From: Octopus sinensis
Lineage: Eukaryota
Reading direction: 5' to 3'
Length of the DNA: 64,000 nt
Assembly: GCF_006345805.1 (NCBI RefSeq)
Contig: NC_043008.1
Location: forward strand, 76,508,001-76,572,000
Part shown: piece after piece, positions 1 to 13,204 of the stretch
How the letters are laid out: each line of letters begins with the position of its first letter
Numbering within the stretch: the stretch's first letter is position 1
The notes under the pieces: generated by a model
What the model was told of the DNA's origin: nothing
What the model saw: the letters and a program-made list of their open reading frames with translations, nothing else
Database searches by the model: none
Position numbers and translations under genes: made by a program

Positions 1-140
1 ACGACGGGCATATTTCAGTTTCCGTCTACCAAATCCACTCACAAGGCTTTAGTTGGCCCGAGGCTATAGTAGAAAACACTTGCCCAAGGTTCTACGCAGT
101 GGGGCTGAACGCGGAACCATGTGGCTGGTAAGCAAGCTTT
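1..140 (-). mobile_element. tRNA-derived SINE family A, partial copy (head/core)
   Basis: Reverse complement matches the full copy at 40832-41266 (aaatccactcacaaggcttt...ggcccgaggctatagtaga...cacttgcccaagg...ggaaccatgtgg). Confidence 0.85.
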
Positions 141-1160
141 GTCATCGAGCATTGAGGTGGTTGTGTGCTGAAAACAACAGCTAATTAAAATTTCGGTGGT
201 GGGATGAATCTATTAAATTAAAGTTTATTAGCCAACATCTCGCTCAGGGATTTAAAACTAATTGTTTTTCTCTTTTAAATTAATATAAACATTTATTTAC
301 ATGAAAGAAAATTACTGAAGAACTTTTGTGCTAAAAATAATAGCTAAATAAGATTTATTTGCGCGAAAGAAAATTACCGGAGACATAACACGTGTGTTTA
401 CAAATAAATATTGATAACACTTGCTTTTATCAGGATATTGAAATCAAAATGCGCAGTCTCACACAAAATGTCAGCTCCTGAATATTGTTTCCTGACTAGA
501 TGAAAATGATCAAACTTTAAACTTCTATAACTTTTTTAAAGACATTTTTCTGGAAAAAAATGAGATAACTCCAGCAATTCAGTTTGGGCAAGAGTATTAA
601 TGTGTCGAATTTGAAAATTTTCGGTAAACTTTAATTTTTTGGTGCCGCTGAGAACCAAACAGATAAAAATCCCTTAAATGTTATGTAAGTTTTCAATGTG
701 CTGAAAACAAATCTACTCGTTATTCGAACTTTCAACTCATGAATCCTTTTTTTCAATAAAAGGCCTAATATACCGAAATAGGGCCATAACTGTCACCCTT
801 GCGTACAAAAATACTCCTGACATTTTTCCTTTTTGATTAATTCCTAACTTCAAGAGATTAATTCTTAAATTTAAATTTTGAAATTTCCCCCCCCTTATTT
901 TTAGACAAGTGCTATAAATTGCCACTAAGTTTTCTCCAGTCACAAAGTGAATTCCAAGGATTTAGAAACTATTTTGTGACTGACATTTAGTACATTACCT
1001 CTCCTCTAACAGTGTTTAAACTTAACGACTTTTCTATCGAATTTCATTTTCAGATACAAATACCAAATCGACAACCTGATACCACAGAAAAATTATAATC
1101 ATGTGGTCAATATAGATATTAGTTTTCTTTATTTATAATAATAATAATAATAATAATATA

Positions 1161-1196
<36 letters not shown>

Positions 1197-1251
1197 TGAT
1201 GATGATGATGATGATGATAATGATAACAATGATAATAATAATGATTAACAA

Positions 1252-1792
1252 ATGTCCTGATGCAGGACCGGGCAGTGCCTCTCATGACTGCTCATCTTAA
1301 CTAATTGGAAGTGTCATCACAATTAGTCTTGGTATAAAAGATGGGCTACAGTAAGTATTCTGCTCAATACCAAAGATTGGCTTGTTAGTTGTTTGACCTT
1401 AACCAGTTGAGCATGATCCTTAGTGGCTGACAATATATGCATCTCTGATCACGAGCAGAAGTAGTGGGGGATCATCATAGCCATGTGTTAAGAGGAATTC
1501 TTTGGGGTTTGAATAATTCGTCTCTGGAAACATGAGTGATTCGTTCAGCATCCTTAAACAATGCTCGTTCAGGGACCTTTTGAGCGGGACGGGATCCTCG
1601 ACCAGAAGAACATTCTAACTGGGTCTCACCTGCAAGATCATGTGCTGTTTATCTTGATATAAGATTACCATGTCACACACATATGGTTGTGATGCGAGTG
1701 CCTAGTGTACCCTTATCAATCATTATGGGTATACTGAGCTTTGTATATTTTAACCCAGTGTCACTTTGATGGCATGCACTGCTCTCTCACTC
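1252..1792 (+). mobile_element. ~540 bp non-coding interspersed element embedded in (TAA)n, copy 1
   Basis: Colinear and highly similar to 53809-54382 with the same start (aatg(t/c)cctgatgcag) and end (ctctctcactc|aataataat). (TAA)/(TGA) tract upstream and (AAT)n downstream. Confidence 0.8.
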
Positions 1793-1819
1793 AATAATAA
1801 TAATAATAATAATAAGGGG

Positions 1820-2735
1820 ACTGATAAGATATTCTCTTTAAGTCCTTATTTCTTATTTTCTATCCACCTGTTTTTATCTTTCCTTATTCTTTATACTCTA
1901 AAAATTCTCTTAATTCGCTTTCCTCCACACCATCCTCATCCCCTTTGAAAACTTACAATTATATACGCATATATACATCTCTGCTAGATCATACAGTGGA
2001 AACGCGCGCTCAACAGTATACATTCCTTAATTCTTGGATTTCAGTCATTACTACTATTCTCCTCCTCTCCCTTACACTTTCAATTTTACTACTATGCCAC
2101 CTCTTTAAGCATACATTTTCTTCCCATCGACCACAAATACTTTTCTCCCACCCCACCTTCTTCCCTCAACACTATCCTATTGAAATACCATTTCCTATTT
2201 CTCTTTCTCTCTGACTCGGCCTAAATTCATTACTTGTAAACTCTCTTACTCCCTTATACATGTTTTGTTCTTTTTTATTGTTTTATATTCCTAATTTCCC
2301 TTCATAATTATAATCTCCACTCAAACTGTGCTTTCTACGCATTTTGATCGAATCTTCTGTGTGTTAACACGGGCCGCGTGATGACAGTGTAAACTTCATT
2401 TAATCAAGATACCCTTGGTCTGAAGAGTAGCCTGCGGTGTATATATGGCTTGGATATTTACCAGTTCCGTGGTTCTGCTAGCTATGAAATATATTTAGTC
2501 CGGATTTTATTTGCTCCATTCCTTAACTCTTGGATTTTTATTCGCCCACCCGATAACCTTGACAGCCAACCTTGAAATATAAAATGATTTTTTACTGCTT
2601 ATCGTATTTTGATACGGGAAAAATTCACAACATTCTGCACCAATAAACCACAACAGTTCCTGAAAGTTTTTTTATATTTTCAACGGATTGAATCTCACTT
2701 TCTTCCAGCATATTGAATCTTGGATTTTACATTTA
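1820..2735 (+). mobile_element. Degraded Penelope-like pseudo-LTR sequence
   Basis: Degenerate hammerhead-like motifs (gaaacgcgcgctc at ~1999; ctgaagag-tagc...gcta-tgaaa at ~2420-2490); pyrimidine-rich body ending at a (TA)/(CATA) microsatellite. Confidence 0.3.
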
Positions 2736-2743
2736 TATATACA

Positions 2744-2779
<36 letters not shown>

Positions 2780-3740
2780 TATATACATAAACACACATAT
2801 AGATATAAATACATAAGTATATCATGTTTATTAAATTGTTAGATGCGAGTGTCTATATATAAGAAGGAAGGAAGGAAGGAAAGAAGGAAGGAAGGAAGAA
2901 AGGAAGGAAGGAAATGCTTATGGGAAAATAACACCGATATATCTTCAGAGACGTGTTTCGATTAATTTAATCATAAACTTCTGGGCCCTCTAAAGATATA
3001 AAGCCAAGATCCAATTTCGTTCTTTTTCCTAGTTTTGTTTATCAAAGGATAATATTAGGCTTGAGTTAGTCATATTTTGTTTCTTTTTTGACATTGAAGT
3101 TTTATTCCATTCACAGTATGATCACATGATGTTATTAATTTGGATATAAGATTGAGTCTGCCACCCATCAACATGAAAAGCACATCCATCAGGCGTCAGC
3201 ATATCTTCCACCCATTTCATTGACCACGAACAGGTCGATCTGAGACAATAGTAAAACAATGTTTAACCTGTACTTCAAGTAATTGGGAAGCAAATTTCTT
3301 AACAATGCAGCTATATTTGCATGCAATGATGGTCTACATCACAGTTAGGTGGGGTAAATCACTTTTCCAATATCAGTGTCACTGAACACTGGAAAAAGTA
3401 TATGTATTTGTAAAGAGAACCTCCTTCCTATCGACAACTGTGATTGTCACACGCTGATGATAGGTCAATAACTTGAAGCTCGGGTCCGTGTGTATCATAT
3501 GTTGAAGACGGGAAGGATGGCTTCCCTTTGCAAATACTGATAGGCAACAGAAAGTGTGTCTATAGCCAGCTGGATGTCTTCCTGGGGCTAAAAACTACAG
3601 TAGCATCCACCCTTAGAGGTTAGCCATATTCAAATGACATATTTACATCACTATATATATACATATATATATATATAGCCTCATGTTTGAGTTGTAATTT
3701 TCCTGTTTGCATCACCAAACCTATATTATATATGTATGTG

Positions 3741-3773
<33 letters not shown>

Positions 3774-4627
3774 ACATGCATGCATAATATATATACACAT
3801 ATACACACATATATATGTGTATACACACACATATATATACATATATCTCACGGTAATCTAAGCCCATAAATAAACCAGCAAATCTACACTTTTGTCAGTT
3901 ACTACTATTTTAGTGATGTAGTATGTAGTGTAGAAGATGATATCATTGATCCAGTCCTAATAAAGAAAAAAGAAATCATATACACGTTAAATATTCAAAA
4001 AAAAAATTATTGAAGGAAAGCAACAAGAAATTCGTGATAAATGATTGATGTTCTACTTATAGAGAGAAAAAATTTTTACAAAATTATTTACTGGTGAGAT
4101 TCTATATCGTTTGAACAGAAAAAATACTGTTAACTTGTATTCCTCTTTTTTTCATCCTGTAAATTTGCAAAACCTGTAAAATTAGTTATTTTGATTCTGA
4201 TATTATTTCTAAGGCTGTTGCTTTTCTTATATGCGTATTTCCTCATATATATGCCTATGTAAGTATATGCGTTTATATATGTGTATGTGAATATGTGAAA
4301 GCGTGTATATTATAGAATGTTTTGATTTTTATGTTTTGTATTTTTTTTTTTGCTCACAAATCTATGATCAATATTATCCATGATTCACTTCTGTCAACTC
4401 ATTAGCTGAACAAATGCAATTAAAAACATTAATAGCTGTCATCTCTCAGCCATAATTTATGGTTGCTAAATTCTTGTAATTAAAGAACATGCTTGTATGA
4501 CTTCGACTATCGTGACATTACTAACAAGTGCAAAAACAATGGCCCTCAGTAAATAATAACATTACGAACATCAGAACGATTGATAAAAATCTGATTAGGT
4601 TAATGATTTCGTATATTCTTTTCTGCT

Positions 4628-4998
4628 CAAAGCACGCGGCCCTAAATTTTGGGGGAGGGTACCAGTCGATTAGATCGACCTCATTACGCAACTGGTACTT
4701 AATTTATCGACCCCGAAAGTGTGAAAGGCAAGTCGACCTCGGCGGAATTTGAACTCAGAAGGTAAAGACAGACGAAATACCTATTTCTTTACTACCCACA
4801 AGGGGCTAAACACAGAGAGGACAAACGGATTAAGTTGATTATATCGACCCCAGTGCGCAACTGGTATTTATTTAATTGACCCCGAAAGGATGAAAGGCAA
4901 AGTCGACCTCGGCAGAATTTGAACTCAGAACGTAACGGCAGACGAAATACTGCAAAGCATTTCGCCCGGCGTGCTAACGTCTCTGCCAGCTCGCCGCC
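4628..4998 (-). mobile_element. tRNA-derived SINE family B, two tandem copies
   Basis: Reverse complement of head ggcggcgagctggcaga...gagttcaaatt (B box) and body gtcgactttgcctttcatcctttcggggtc, present twice; same as 12341, 13205, 28980 and 31730. Confidence 0.85.
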
Positions 4999-5904
4999 TT
5001 AATAAGTTCATATATTGACACAGGGCCACACAACTCTAGACAATGGGTAGAGAATATTGAAATGAAAGGGGTATTTAAGAGTATTTGAGTCATCAGCCCG
5101 AAAAAGAGAAATGAAATATAACTTGTGAGAGATAAAAGCTTAGTGAGACAACAAAATATTGAAATATATTTGATCTAGAGCATAGGTTCTCAACCCATTT
5201 TGGCCAATGGAATCACAAATGGCGCCCCCTAGAAAATATTTTTATTTTTCAATATACTACTTATTTTGATATCAGCAGATAATGATTAAAAAATAAAGGA
5301 CGCCGTATTAGATATACGCTTGTACGAAGTTGGGATTACAGATGGACAAATTGAAATGCAAAAAAAAACGAAATAATGAATTGAAAGTTTGGTAATTGGG
5401 TTAATTTCCACCACGCGACACTTATGAGATCAACATGTTGTCTATCGAAAGAGTGCTCTTTGATACAAATATATGCCGATGAATTCATTTCAAACCTCTC
5501 CTATTTCCTTTATCAAAACAGCTAGAACTTGTGCAACAATTTGACATATATGTTATTGTCACCCGGGAAGAAGATTTTTTAATGCTCAAGAAAGAGTGCT
5601 TTTGATAGAAATTGTTGAAATACACATGTACTTCATATGGATGGTATTCAATTCACTGTACTTGAATCTAGTTAGTCTGAGTCAAAAATCACCCCCACCC
5701 CTTTTAAAATGATGTAAAAAATCTGAAAATTTGTCATATTAAAAATTCATTTCTTATTCAGTATCTAGCTTTTTTCATTCACAAAATCTGCAATTCTTAA
5801 AAGGAAGTAAAATATCTGAAAATTGATGCAGTTTTCCACGCTTATTCCTATGAAACCATGAAATTCTAGAGAAAAAACTCGACACACAATTTTTTTTTAA
5901 TTCG

Positions 5905-6750
5905 GTAATTCGTGGTTTTAAAATATGGACAGTCAGAATCTACCATTCTTTTCTCTTTATAATTTCCAAATAATTTTTTAAATACTTCAAAATCAAAATT
6001 GCGTAAATATGTGTACCAGAAAATGTAGTTAAAAATTAAGAAGATAGATTTTGGGGAGATCTCTTATTATGACTGACTTTTATTCCACTATACTAATATC
6101 TTCTGAAACTTATACATATATATGCATACATGCATACAGAAACATACAAATATATACACACACACATACATTTTTAAAGAGTTAGTTTTATATATATATA
6201 AAAATATTTCGGCATATCTACGCAATTGTGCCCAACAGATTTGCCTCTTCATAGCCTTGAGAAAGTTAAATATTTATTTTCTACAAATATGCTTCAGATC
6301 ATGTAGATTCCGATAAAATTGGAATTCATTGTGAAAACCATTTGTCCCAAAGAAGTTTCAGAAAATTCACACCATATATATATACGTGGATGTATACGTA
6401 TTGTTTTAATTATATCTTTATACACGCACATACACACATAAAAAATGGCACACCGTCGGTTATGATAATCACAAGTATCCAAAACCTCTTAACTACTCTT
6501 TCACCTTCATTTTTCCTCTTGAAAGGAAAGCTTTCTTCTACTTGGACTATATGTCGTACCACTGCACGGCTGTCTATCAGCTAATATTGCTGATGGACAT
6601 GTTTCACATATAAATTCCAGGACTATGTGAAAGAGTGTAATGACCGTCGATTGACTTTCTTTCATAAAAATATTAAAAAATTATTTGGAAATTATAAAGA
6701 GAAACGAATGGTAGATTCGGACTGACCGTATTTTGAAACCACGGATTTTT
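5905..6750. mobile_element. MITE/foldback-like element with ~80 bp inverted repeats
   Basis: cgtggttttaaaatatggacagtcagaatctaccattcttttctctttataatttccaaataatttttt (~5911-5979) is the near reverse complement of aaaaaattatttggaaattataaagagaaacgaatggtagattcggactgaccgtattttgaaaccacg (~6675-6743). Confidence 0.6.
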
Positions 6751-6950
6751 AAAAATGGAGTGGTGGAAGATTTTCTATTTTTTATTTTATATCATTTATT
6801 ATCATTATTATTTGCATAATCATATCAATTTAATTATCCAGAAGACAGAATCGAAACGATTTCGTCAAAATTCGTCAAAATTCAAAGGTTTTGAGGGGTT
6901 TTGTCACGAGTTTACATCATAATTCTGCCCATTTCATATATATATATATA

Positions 6951-7495
6951 CTAGCAGCCAAGCCCGGTTTCACACGATCGGTTTAGATGATGTGGTTGTA
7001 AAACCTGCTCTGCATAAGCATTCCACTTGTTAAAAAACAATTTTAGAATGACTTTTCTCTGTCAAGGCACTAAAAATAACTGACCAACAAAAAAAAAACA
7101 ACCAAAATCAACTAAATCCCAAAATAAACCCAAATACTAAGCGAACAAAGGTGAATCATCCCACTTCCATTGCACGAGCACACGCATACACACATTCACA
7201 TAACCCCTCTTACATACGCACACATATATTCATACAGAGTTGAAACGCTGTTTGATATATTTTTCCAGCGTACAATTTTCATCATCCCACCCCTTTCTTT
7301 CTCATTCATAAATACAAGAATATTATTATAGTAGATTATCTCGGTAACCATGAGAGCTATGAAAAATACAAAGCTCAGCATCACCATCGGGTCATTCTAC
7401 AAATCTGTGTAATTTTTCGGGCAATTCCACCCAGCAGTTTGACCGTGAATCCCAAGACAAGAAAGAATCGCCCATGTCAAAATTTATATGTATAT
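6951..7495 (-). mobile_element. Non-autonomous Helitron-like element
   Basis: a|ctagcagccaagcccggtttcacacg is the reverse complement of a Helitron 3' end (subterminal hairpin then CTAG|T), same layout as 16967. The other end runs into aatttatatgtatata. Confidence 0.45.
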
Positions 7496-7510
7496 ATATA
7501 TATATATATA

Positions 7511-8030
7511 TTATTAGTGAATTGAAGAAATGGAGTTGAACGAATATTGAACAGAAATCGTTTTATTGCATTCTACACGTGTTTCGAAAGCCACAATTTA
7601 CCAAATTCCGATTGAATAAGGAGACCATATTGTGTCTTTCTCTTCAGGAAGAAATAGGAATTCCGTTGGCAAAAACAAAAACAGAACAGAGGCGCAGCAA
7701 AACAAATCGAACGAGGCTCCTAAGAGCCCATGGCCAAACTGTTTATCAATGTATGTTGAAATCGGGTGGTGGGTGCGTTGAAGATTTTAACAGGTCAGGC
7801 AGCGGTCATTCCGGTGGGTCTCACGATTTCTGTTCAATCTTCGTTCAACTCCATTTCTTCAATTCACTAATAATATTAAAATTCAATTATCCGCACCAAC
7901 GCACGGTTGCAACACCATATGGTTGTACCTCCAACCGTGCTGTCTTCTGCTGTGATTTTTGCTACCAAGGTATCGGTTAAACTTTTGATTAATCTGCAAC
8001 AAGATTATTCATCTTTCTATTTCACCAAAT
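7511..8030. mobile_element. Penelope-like mini-element with inverted pseudo-LTR
   Basis: 50-bp inverted repeat 7511-7560 / 7824-7873, (TA)n on both sides, hammerhead motif inside. Confidence 0.65.
7568..7655 (-). ncRNA. Minimal hammerhead ribozyme motif
   Basis: Minus strand reads CTGAAGA-GAAAGACACAAT...ATTGTGGCTTTC-GAAA-CACGTG-TA. Stem II pairs 11/12; palindromic stem III; GUA cleavage triplet; stem I only ~3 bp. Confidence 0.65.
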
Positions 8031-8039
8031 ATATATATA

Positions 8040-8077
<38 letters not shown>

Positions 8078-9237
8078 GTGTGTGTATGGGTTACTAGTAT
8101 CTGTTTTAGCTTACTTACACACATCAACAAATGAGCCAATGAGGTACTTTCTGTGTGGTTGTTCAATCTGCTAGAAATAACAGTTAAATCTCCCTCATAC
8201 TATGCTCTTGTTAGTATTAAGGAAAGGGAAAATGTTTACTCCTCTCCATCATTACAATTAAAATTAATATTTTTGATTTTGTTCCGCTCTATGAATTCAT
8301 TTTTTTAATAATTCTGTTCATTGCTTGATACAGAAAATTTAAAAGTCCTTTCCAAATTAGAGAAATTCTAACTAAACATAAAATATAAAAAGAGAAAGAA
8401 AATTTCTGTTTTTCAAAAGCAAAACGGGTTTTGAGATGGGGTGTAAATTTATAATTAAAACAAATTCAAAATTTAAATTTCAGAACATAAGACTTACCAC
8501 GTTATCTGGTGTATAGCCGCAGTTGAAATGGCTACAAAACCTAAAACTAATGTGCATGCATTTGTGTGTGTGTGTGTGTGTGGTTCGGTCATAAATAGCC
8601 AGGGGTTAATTAAAGATCAATCGCAGAAAGCAATTCAAAACGGCAACACACGCAATCTTATACATACAAACATAACCATATATGCACAAATACATACCTA
8701 TCATACACTCCCAAAAGCCAATCTGATCTAAAATTCTGACCACCACACAAACACAAATCAGCTTTTCGCTTTTATTCATTACTTTTTTTCTGTTAATTAT
8801 CTGTCACTATGTTTATAGTTTTCTTTCAAGTTTTGGCGGTTTCACTTTAACGACACCAGTTAGACATGGTACCAGGAATTTGCTTGGTGTCGTCAAAGTG
8901 GAAAAAGTGTTTTTTTTTAGTTTTTGAGAATTTGAAACAAAAAGGCATAGGTTTTTTAAAACCGACTTTTGCAGAGATGTGAAAATATGGCTACTACTCT
9001 TTAATTTCAAATTAAACTCACCGAAGACGAGGGTTTTCCAAGTCTCTTAACCCTCCTCCTAGTGCCCTTTGCTCCAGAACGTCACCCCCTCGAGCTCCAA
9101 ATGGCTCCCGAGGGCCATAAAGCTCCCGTTGAAAACCTTTGATCTAAAGTTGCTATCTTTTCCACCGTTTTCAAACATTTTTCAAACCAATGAAAACACA
9201 AAAACCCTTTCTACCGACTTCTTTTCTTTCTTTTTTT

Positions 9238-9625
9238 TTGTTTCAGTCATTAGACTGCGGCTAGGCTGAGGTATCATCTTGAAGTATTTTGGTTCAGCGA
9301 ATTAACCTTAGTATTTCTTTTAAACCTAGTACTTATTCTATCGGCTTTTTTGCCGAAATTCTAACTTACCGCGACATAAACACGTTTGTCAAGCAGTGGC
9401 GGGTGGGGGGAACAAACGTAGATACAATGTCACACACATACAGACATACACAGACACACATACATGCACATATATATATAGGACGGGCTTCTTTCTGTTT
9501 CCTTCCACCAAATCCACTCGTAAGGCCTAATTCGGCCTGAGGCTATAGTACAAGGCAATTGGACCGAACTCAGAACCTTGTGGTTAGGAAACAAGCTTCT
9601 TACCACACGGCCACGCTTGTGCCTA
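9238..9625 (-). mobile_element. SINE family A, diverged near full-length copy
   Basis: ttgtttcagtcattagactgcggc (revcomp of tail) through aaatccactc...gaggctatagta...aagcttcttaccacacggccac (revcomp of head). Confidence 0.8.
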
Positions 9626-10199
9626 TCTCTAGAATGTTTACAGACATAGCAACTCTTTCTACCCGCAATCTCTAGAAAAAAATACAGACACTTCCAGACT
9701 TTCCTCCATTTTCACATTTCTAGAATTACGGAAACATCTACCAATTCTAATTCTTACATAGAAATTTTTCAAAGATTGTATCTTGAAAAATTGCCATGAA
9801 ATATAAACTCCTTGCTTCCTCTATATCATTTCATTTGTTTTGCCAAACTAATGTTCATGAGAAAGAGATGAACATAGCAACAATCGACTTAGTTTTTTGT
9901 TTCCATTTCATACCTTTTCTACTACGTAGAGAATATGATTTAACGAATATGATATAATCCGCTCTCAGAAGATTACCGTCTACTTGGTCCCCTTCAGTGA
10001 ACTGTAAAAATGCAGAATTAATGGAGCTCAATAATTTACGTGCAATAGATTTGAACTCATAAGCACTTCAATTTATTTGTTCAACCACAAAACATCTCAC
10101 TGACAGAGAAAAAGAAATTCGGATAATAGCGACAGTAGTTTAGTATCGACCTTTCTGTGTTTAAAGTATATGTTACAAACAACTGAACAGTCAGAAACA

Positions 10200-10910
10200 C
10201 TCTCTGTTTTTCAATTTCTTTCTTGCCCTTTCTGCTTGTGTATCATTCTTTCTCATTCTCTTTCTCTTTCTGTCTTTGTTTTATCTTTCTCTCCCTCCCT
10301 CTCTCTCTATATATATATCTGTCTATCTATCTATTTATTTATCTTGCTATCTCTCCTCTTTTTCTTCTTCTTTGTGTCTCTACATTTTTTGCTCTCATCT
10401 TCTATCAGTCTATCTCTTCCTTTTTCTCTTTCAACCTGTTTATTTCTTCCTCTCTCTCTATCTCTCTTTTTTTACTTCCTTTTCCCCTCCTTTTCTGTCC
10501 GTCTGTATCTTCCTTTTTCTCCCTCTCTCTCTCACTCTCTCTTTCTGTCTATCTCTACCTCTCTCCCTCTCTATCTGTCTCTCCTTTCTCTCCCTCTTCC
10601 TTTGCACCTCATTTTCTATCTGTCGCTCTCTCTTCCTTTTATCTCCCTCCCTCCCTCTCTCTCTCTTCCTCTTTCTTTCTATTTCTGCTTGTCTGTCTTT
10701 ACCCCGCGACCTCGTTATCTGTCTCTCCGTCTTTCTTTCCTTCTCTGTCTATCTATCTCGCCTCTTCCCCTCTTCTGTCTGTTTGTCTATTTCCTCTTCT
10801 CCCCCTCCCCTCTACTTTCCCTCTCTATCCCTTCACACCATTCCTCTTTCTGTCTCTTTCAATCTATCTTACGCATTTTTTCTCCCATTATCTCTATTTT
10901 CTCATCGCCT
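10200..10910. repeat. CT-rich low-complexity polypyrimidine tract
   Basis: About 700 bp almost entirely C/T with degenerate (CT)n; all three plus frames are open for this reason. Confidence 0.9.
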
Positions 10911-11231
10911 CTGACATTATTGGACTTTTAGTAACTTCAAAACACCAACACATTCCTATATTTAGCAAACCATACCAGAAAATATCTGATGAGATTTTAA
11001 AGTAATTAATGCTAAATTACCTGCTCGATATTCGTCTGGGGGTAGTGTATGACAATATAGAATATCAATACAACAATAGAGAAGATCAATGAAGACATTT
11101 CACAATTCTTCTCATCAATCCCACTTGTTTTTTTCTATTTTTTTCTTTTAGCTTTGTCAAACCAGCATTTCTAGACTCTTTGCACACACACACACACACA
11201 CACAATATTTTATTTATTTTTTTTAATTTTT

Positions 11232-11276
11232 ATCTAGTTTCAGCTCACAAGCTGTGGCCATGCTGGGGCACCGCCA
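11232..11276 (-). mobile_element. Isolated retroposon 3' tail fragment related to the SINE A tail
   Basis: gtttcagctcacaagctgtggccatgctggggcaccgcc; second copy at 24320-24362; its reverse complement resembles ggcgatgctccagcatggccgcagtcaaatgactgaaac at 26521. Confidence 0.65.
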
Positions 11277-11294
11277 TATATATATATATAGTTG

Positions 11295-11741
11295 AAATCT
11301 ATAGAAAAACAAAAGATGAAGACAGGTGTATGAACAACAAGCAGGTGTAATAGTTTGATGCTCGGGAAAGTGAGAAAGTCTTCTACGTTTCGAGCCTACG
11401 CTCTTCAACAGAAAGGAGTAAGAGAAAATAAGCAGAGAGAGAATTTTAAAAACGTGTGGATTTAGCGGTCTGTAGTTGGTTTGCAAGATTCTTTATGTGA
11501 ACTCGTGTGTTGAAGCACATTTTATTGTGTCTGGGGAGAGTCATTCTCTTTTAGAACCGTATTACTTAACACATTCACCGGTTCGATTTCAACTCATTTA
11601 CTTATTTATTTTTTTATTATTTTTCTATTTTTCTATTTATCTTTTCTCGAAAAATAAATATGTAAATGGGTGGAAGTCGAAACCGGTGAGTGTGTTAAGT
11701 AATAAGGCACTAAAACAGAATGGCTCTCTCCAGACACAATA

Positions 11742-11742
<1 letters not shown>
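11295..11742. mobile_element. Penelope-like pseudo-LTR fragments with inverted repeat
   Basis: 11300-11445 is similar to 20445-20590 and carries minus-strand ttgaagagc-gtag-gctcgaaacgta. A ~67-bp inverted repeat lies at 11524-11590 / 11672-11740. Confidence 0.55.
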
Positions 11743-11796
<54 letters not shown>

Positions 11797-11799
<3 letters not shown>

Positions 11800-11902
11800 G
11801 ACGGTTTCAGTCTACCAAATCCATTCACAAAGCTTTGGTCGGCCCGAGGCTATAGCAAAAGCACTTGTCTAAGGTGCCATGTGGTTGGGAAGCAAGCTTC
11901 TT
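11797..11902 (-). mobile_element. SINE family A, internally deleted partial copy
   Basis: accaaatccattcacaaagctttggtcggcccgaggctatag...gtggttgggaagcaagcttctt. Confidence 0.8.
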
Positions 11903-12340
11903 ATATATATGTGTAAGTGTGAGTATGTATGCATGTATGTATATATGTGTATATATATATGTATGTATGTGTGTGTACATATTTGTGTGACTGTTTGTAT
12001 ATTGTTTATTGTGATATTTGGTTGACGACTCATGAAGATATGAGTGCGCCTGCATTCGTTTCTGTTTTCCCGTAAATTCCTTTGTCATTCCTCGGTGCCA
12101 CCTTTCTCACTATGTATGTGCGTTTGCGTCTTTGTGTATTTGTATGTGATTGTATGCATGTGTGTGCGTGTCTGTGTATCTGAACACGCGCGTGTGTGTG
12201 TGTGAGTGTATCGATCTGATTAACACGCGAAAAATTATTTTGCTGAGGCAGTTTCATAAACGCGAAACATGAACTGAGTTGTCGCTATACGCACAAATGA
12301 CGTATTAGAGTACTGTCTATTTAATATTTTATCCCTCTGA

Positions 12341-12552
12341 GACGGCGTGCTGGCAGAAACGTTAGCACACCGGGTGATATGCTTAGCGGTATTTCGACTG
12401 TCTTTATGTTTTGAGTTCAAATTCTGCCGAAGTCGACTTTGCCTTTCATCCTTTCGGCTCGATAAATTAAGTATCATTTGCATACTGGAGTCGATCTAAT
12501 CAACTTGGACCCCTCTCCAAAAATTTCAGGCCTTATGCTTGGGGTAGGAAAT
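12341..12552 (+). mobile_element. SINE family B
   Basis: gacggcgtgctggcagaaacgttagcac...gagttcaaattc (B box)...gtcgactttgcctttcatcctttcgg. Confidence 0.85.
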
Positions 12553-13204
12553 AATATTTCATCCCTTTAAATTATCACTCGAGTTTTCGGTTTATTAAAT
12601 AATGTTCGTTGACGTTTACCTCTCTTAGAATTGTAGTCTTAATCTATTAACGTTAGCGTTCTTGCCAAGTATGTCTCTATGCATTCTATGCAATATTTAC
12701 AAACATTGTAAACATTTACTTAGTAATAGTGAAGAAAGAAGAAATTGAACATTGAAATATATCTGCATAACCAATATTTTTGTCTGGTTTAAATTGCATT
12801 ATACTTTCATAAAAAACATCATTTACATGCTCAAATATAGAATGCTTCACCACGGCAGTCAGTTTTTTTTTCTTAAGTTAACCGACAACAGAACTCTCTC
12901 ATTCACTGTGATGTTTACGTCCTGGTTCCCTCTTTAAATCTATTCATTTTATCCCTTAAGTTTCTTGCCTTCGTTATTTTAGTCATTTTTGTATTTTTGT
13001 AAATTCATGTTCATTATGTTAAAAATAGAAGTGTTGTACAGTATCAGATTATTTAGGATTTTTTGTTTAGCATTGGTGGGTGGTCGTAGTTATTAGGTGA
13101 TTAATTTTGATGTCTAGCAGATCGATCGCCTGCATAGAGACTTAACTGTAAAGTAACACAAATGCAATTCTCCAATTAATGATTGATGACTATAATAATA
13201 ATAA

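Larger units (their letters stand above)
5181..9141. mobile_element. Putative hAT (Charlie-like) DNA element with nested insertions
   Basis: TIRs CATAGGTTCTCAAC (5181) and revcomp CAAAGGTTTTCAAC (9128-9141), 12/14 identical. Flanks ATCTAGAG (5173-5180) and ATCTAAAG (9142-9149) form a 7/8 8-bp TSD of the NTCTAGAN type. No transposase ORF seen. Confidence 0.5.

Noticed and set aside
10170-11005. Three overlapping 212-260 aa ORFs rich in Leu/Ser/Phe
   Set aside because: They arise from a CT-rich tract that lacks stop codons; no domain signal.
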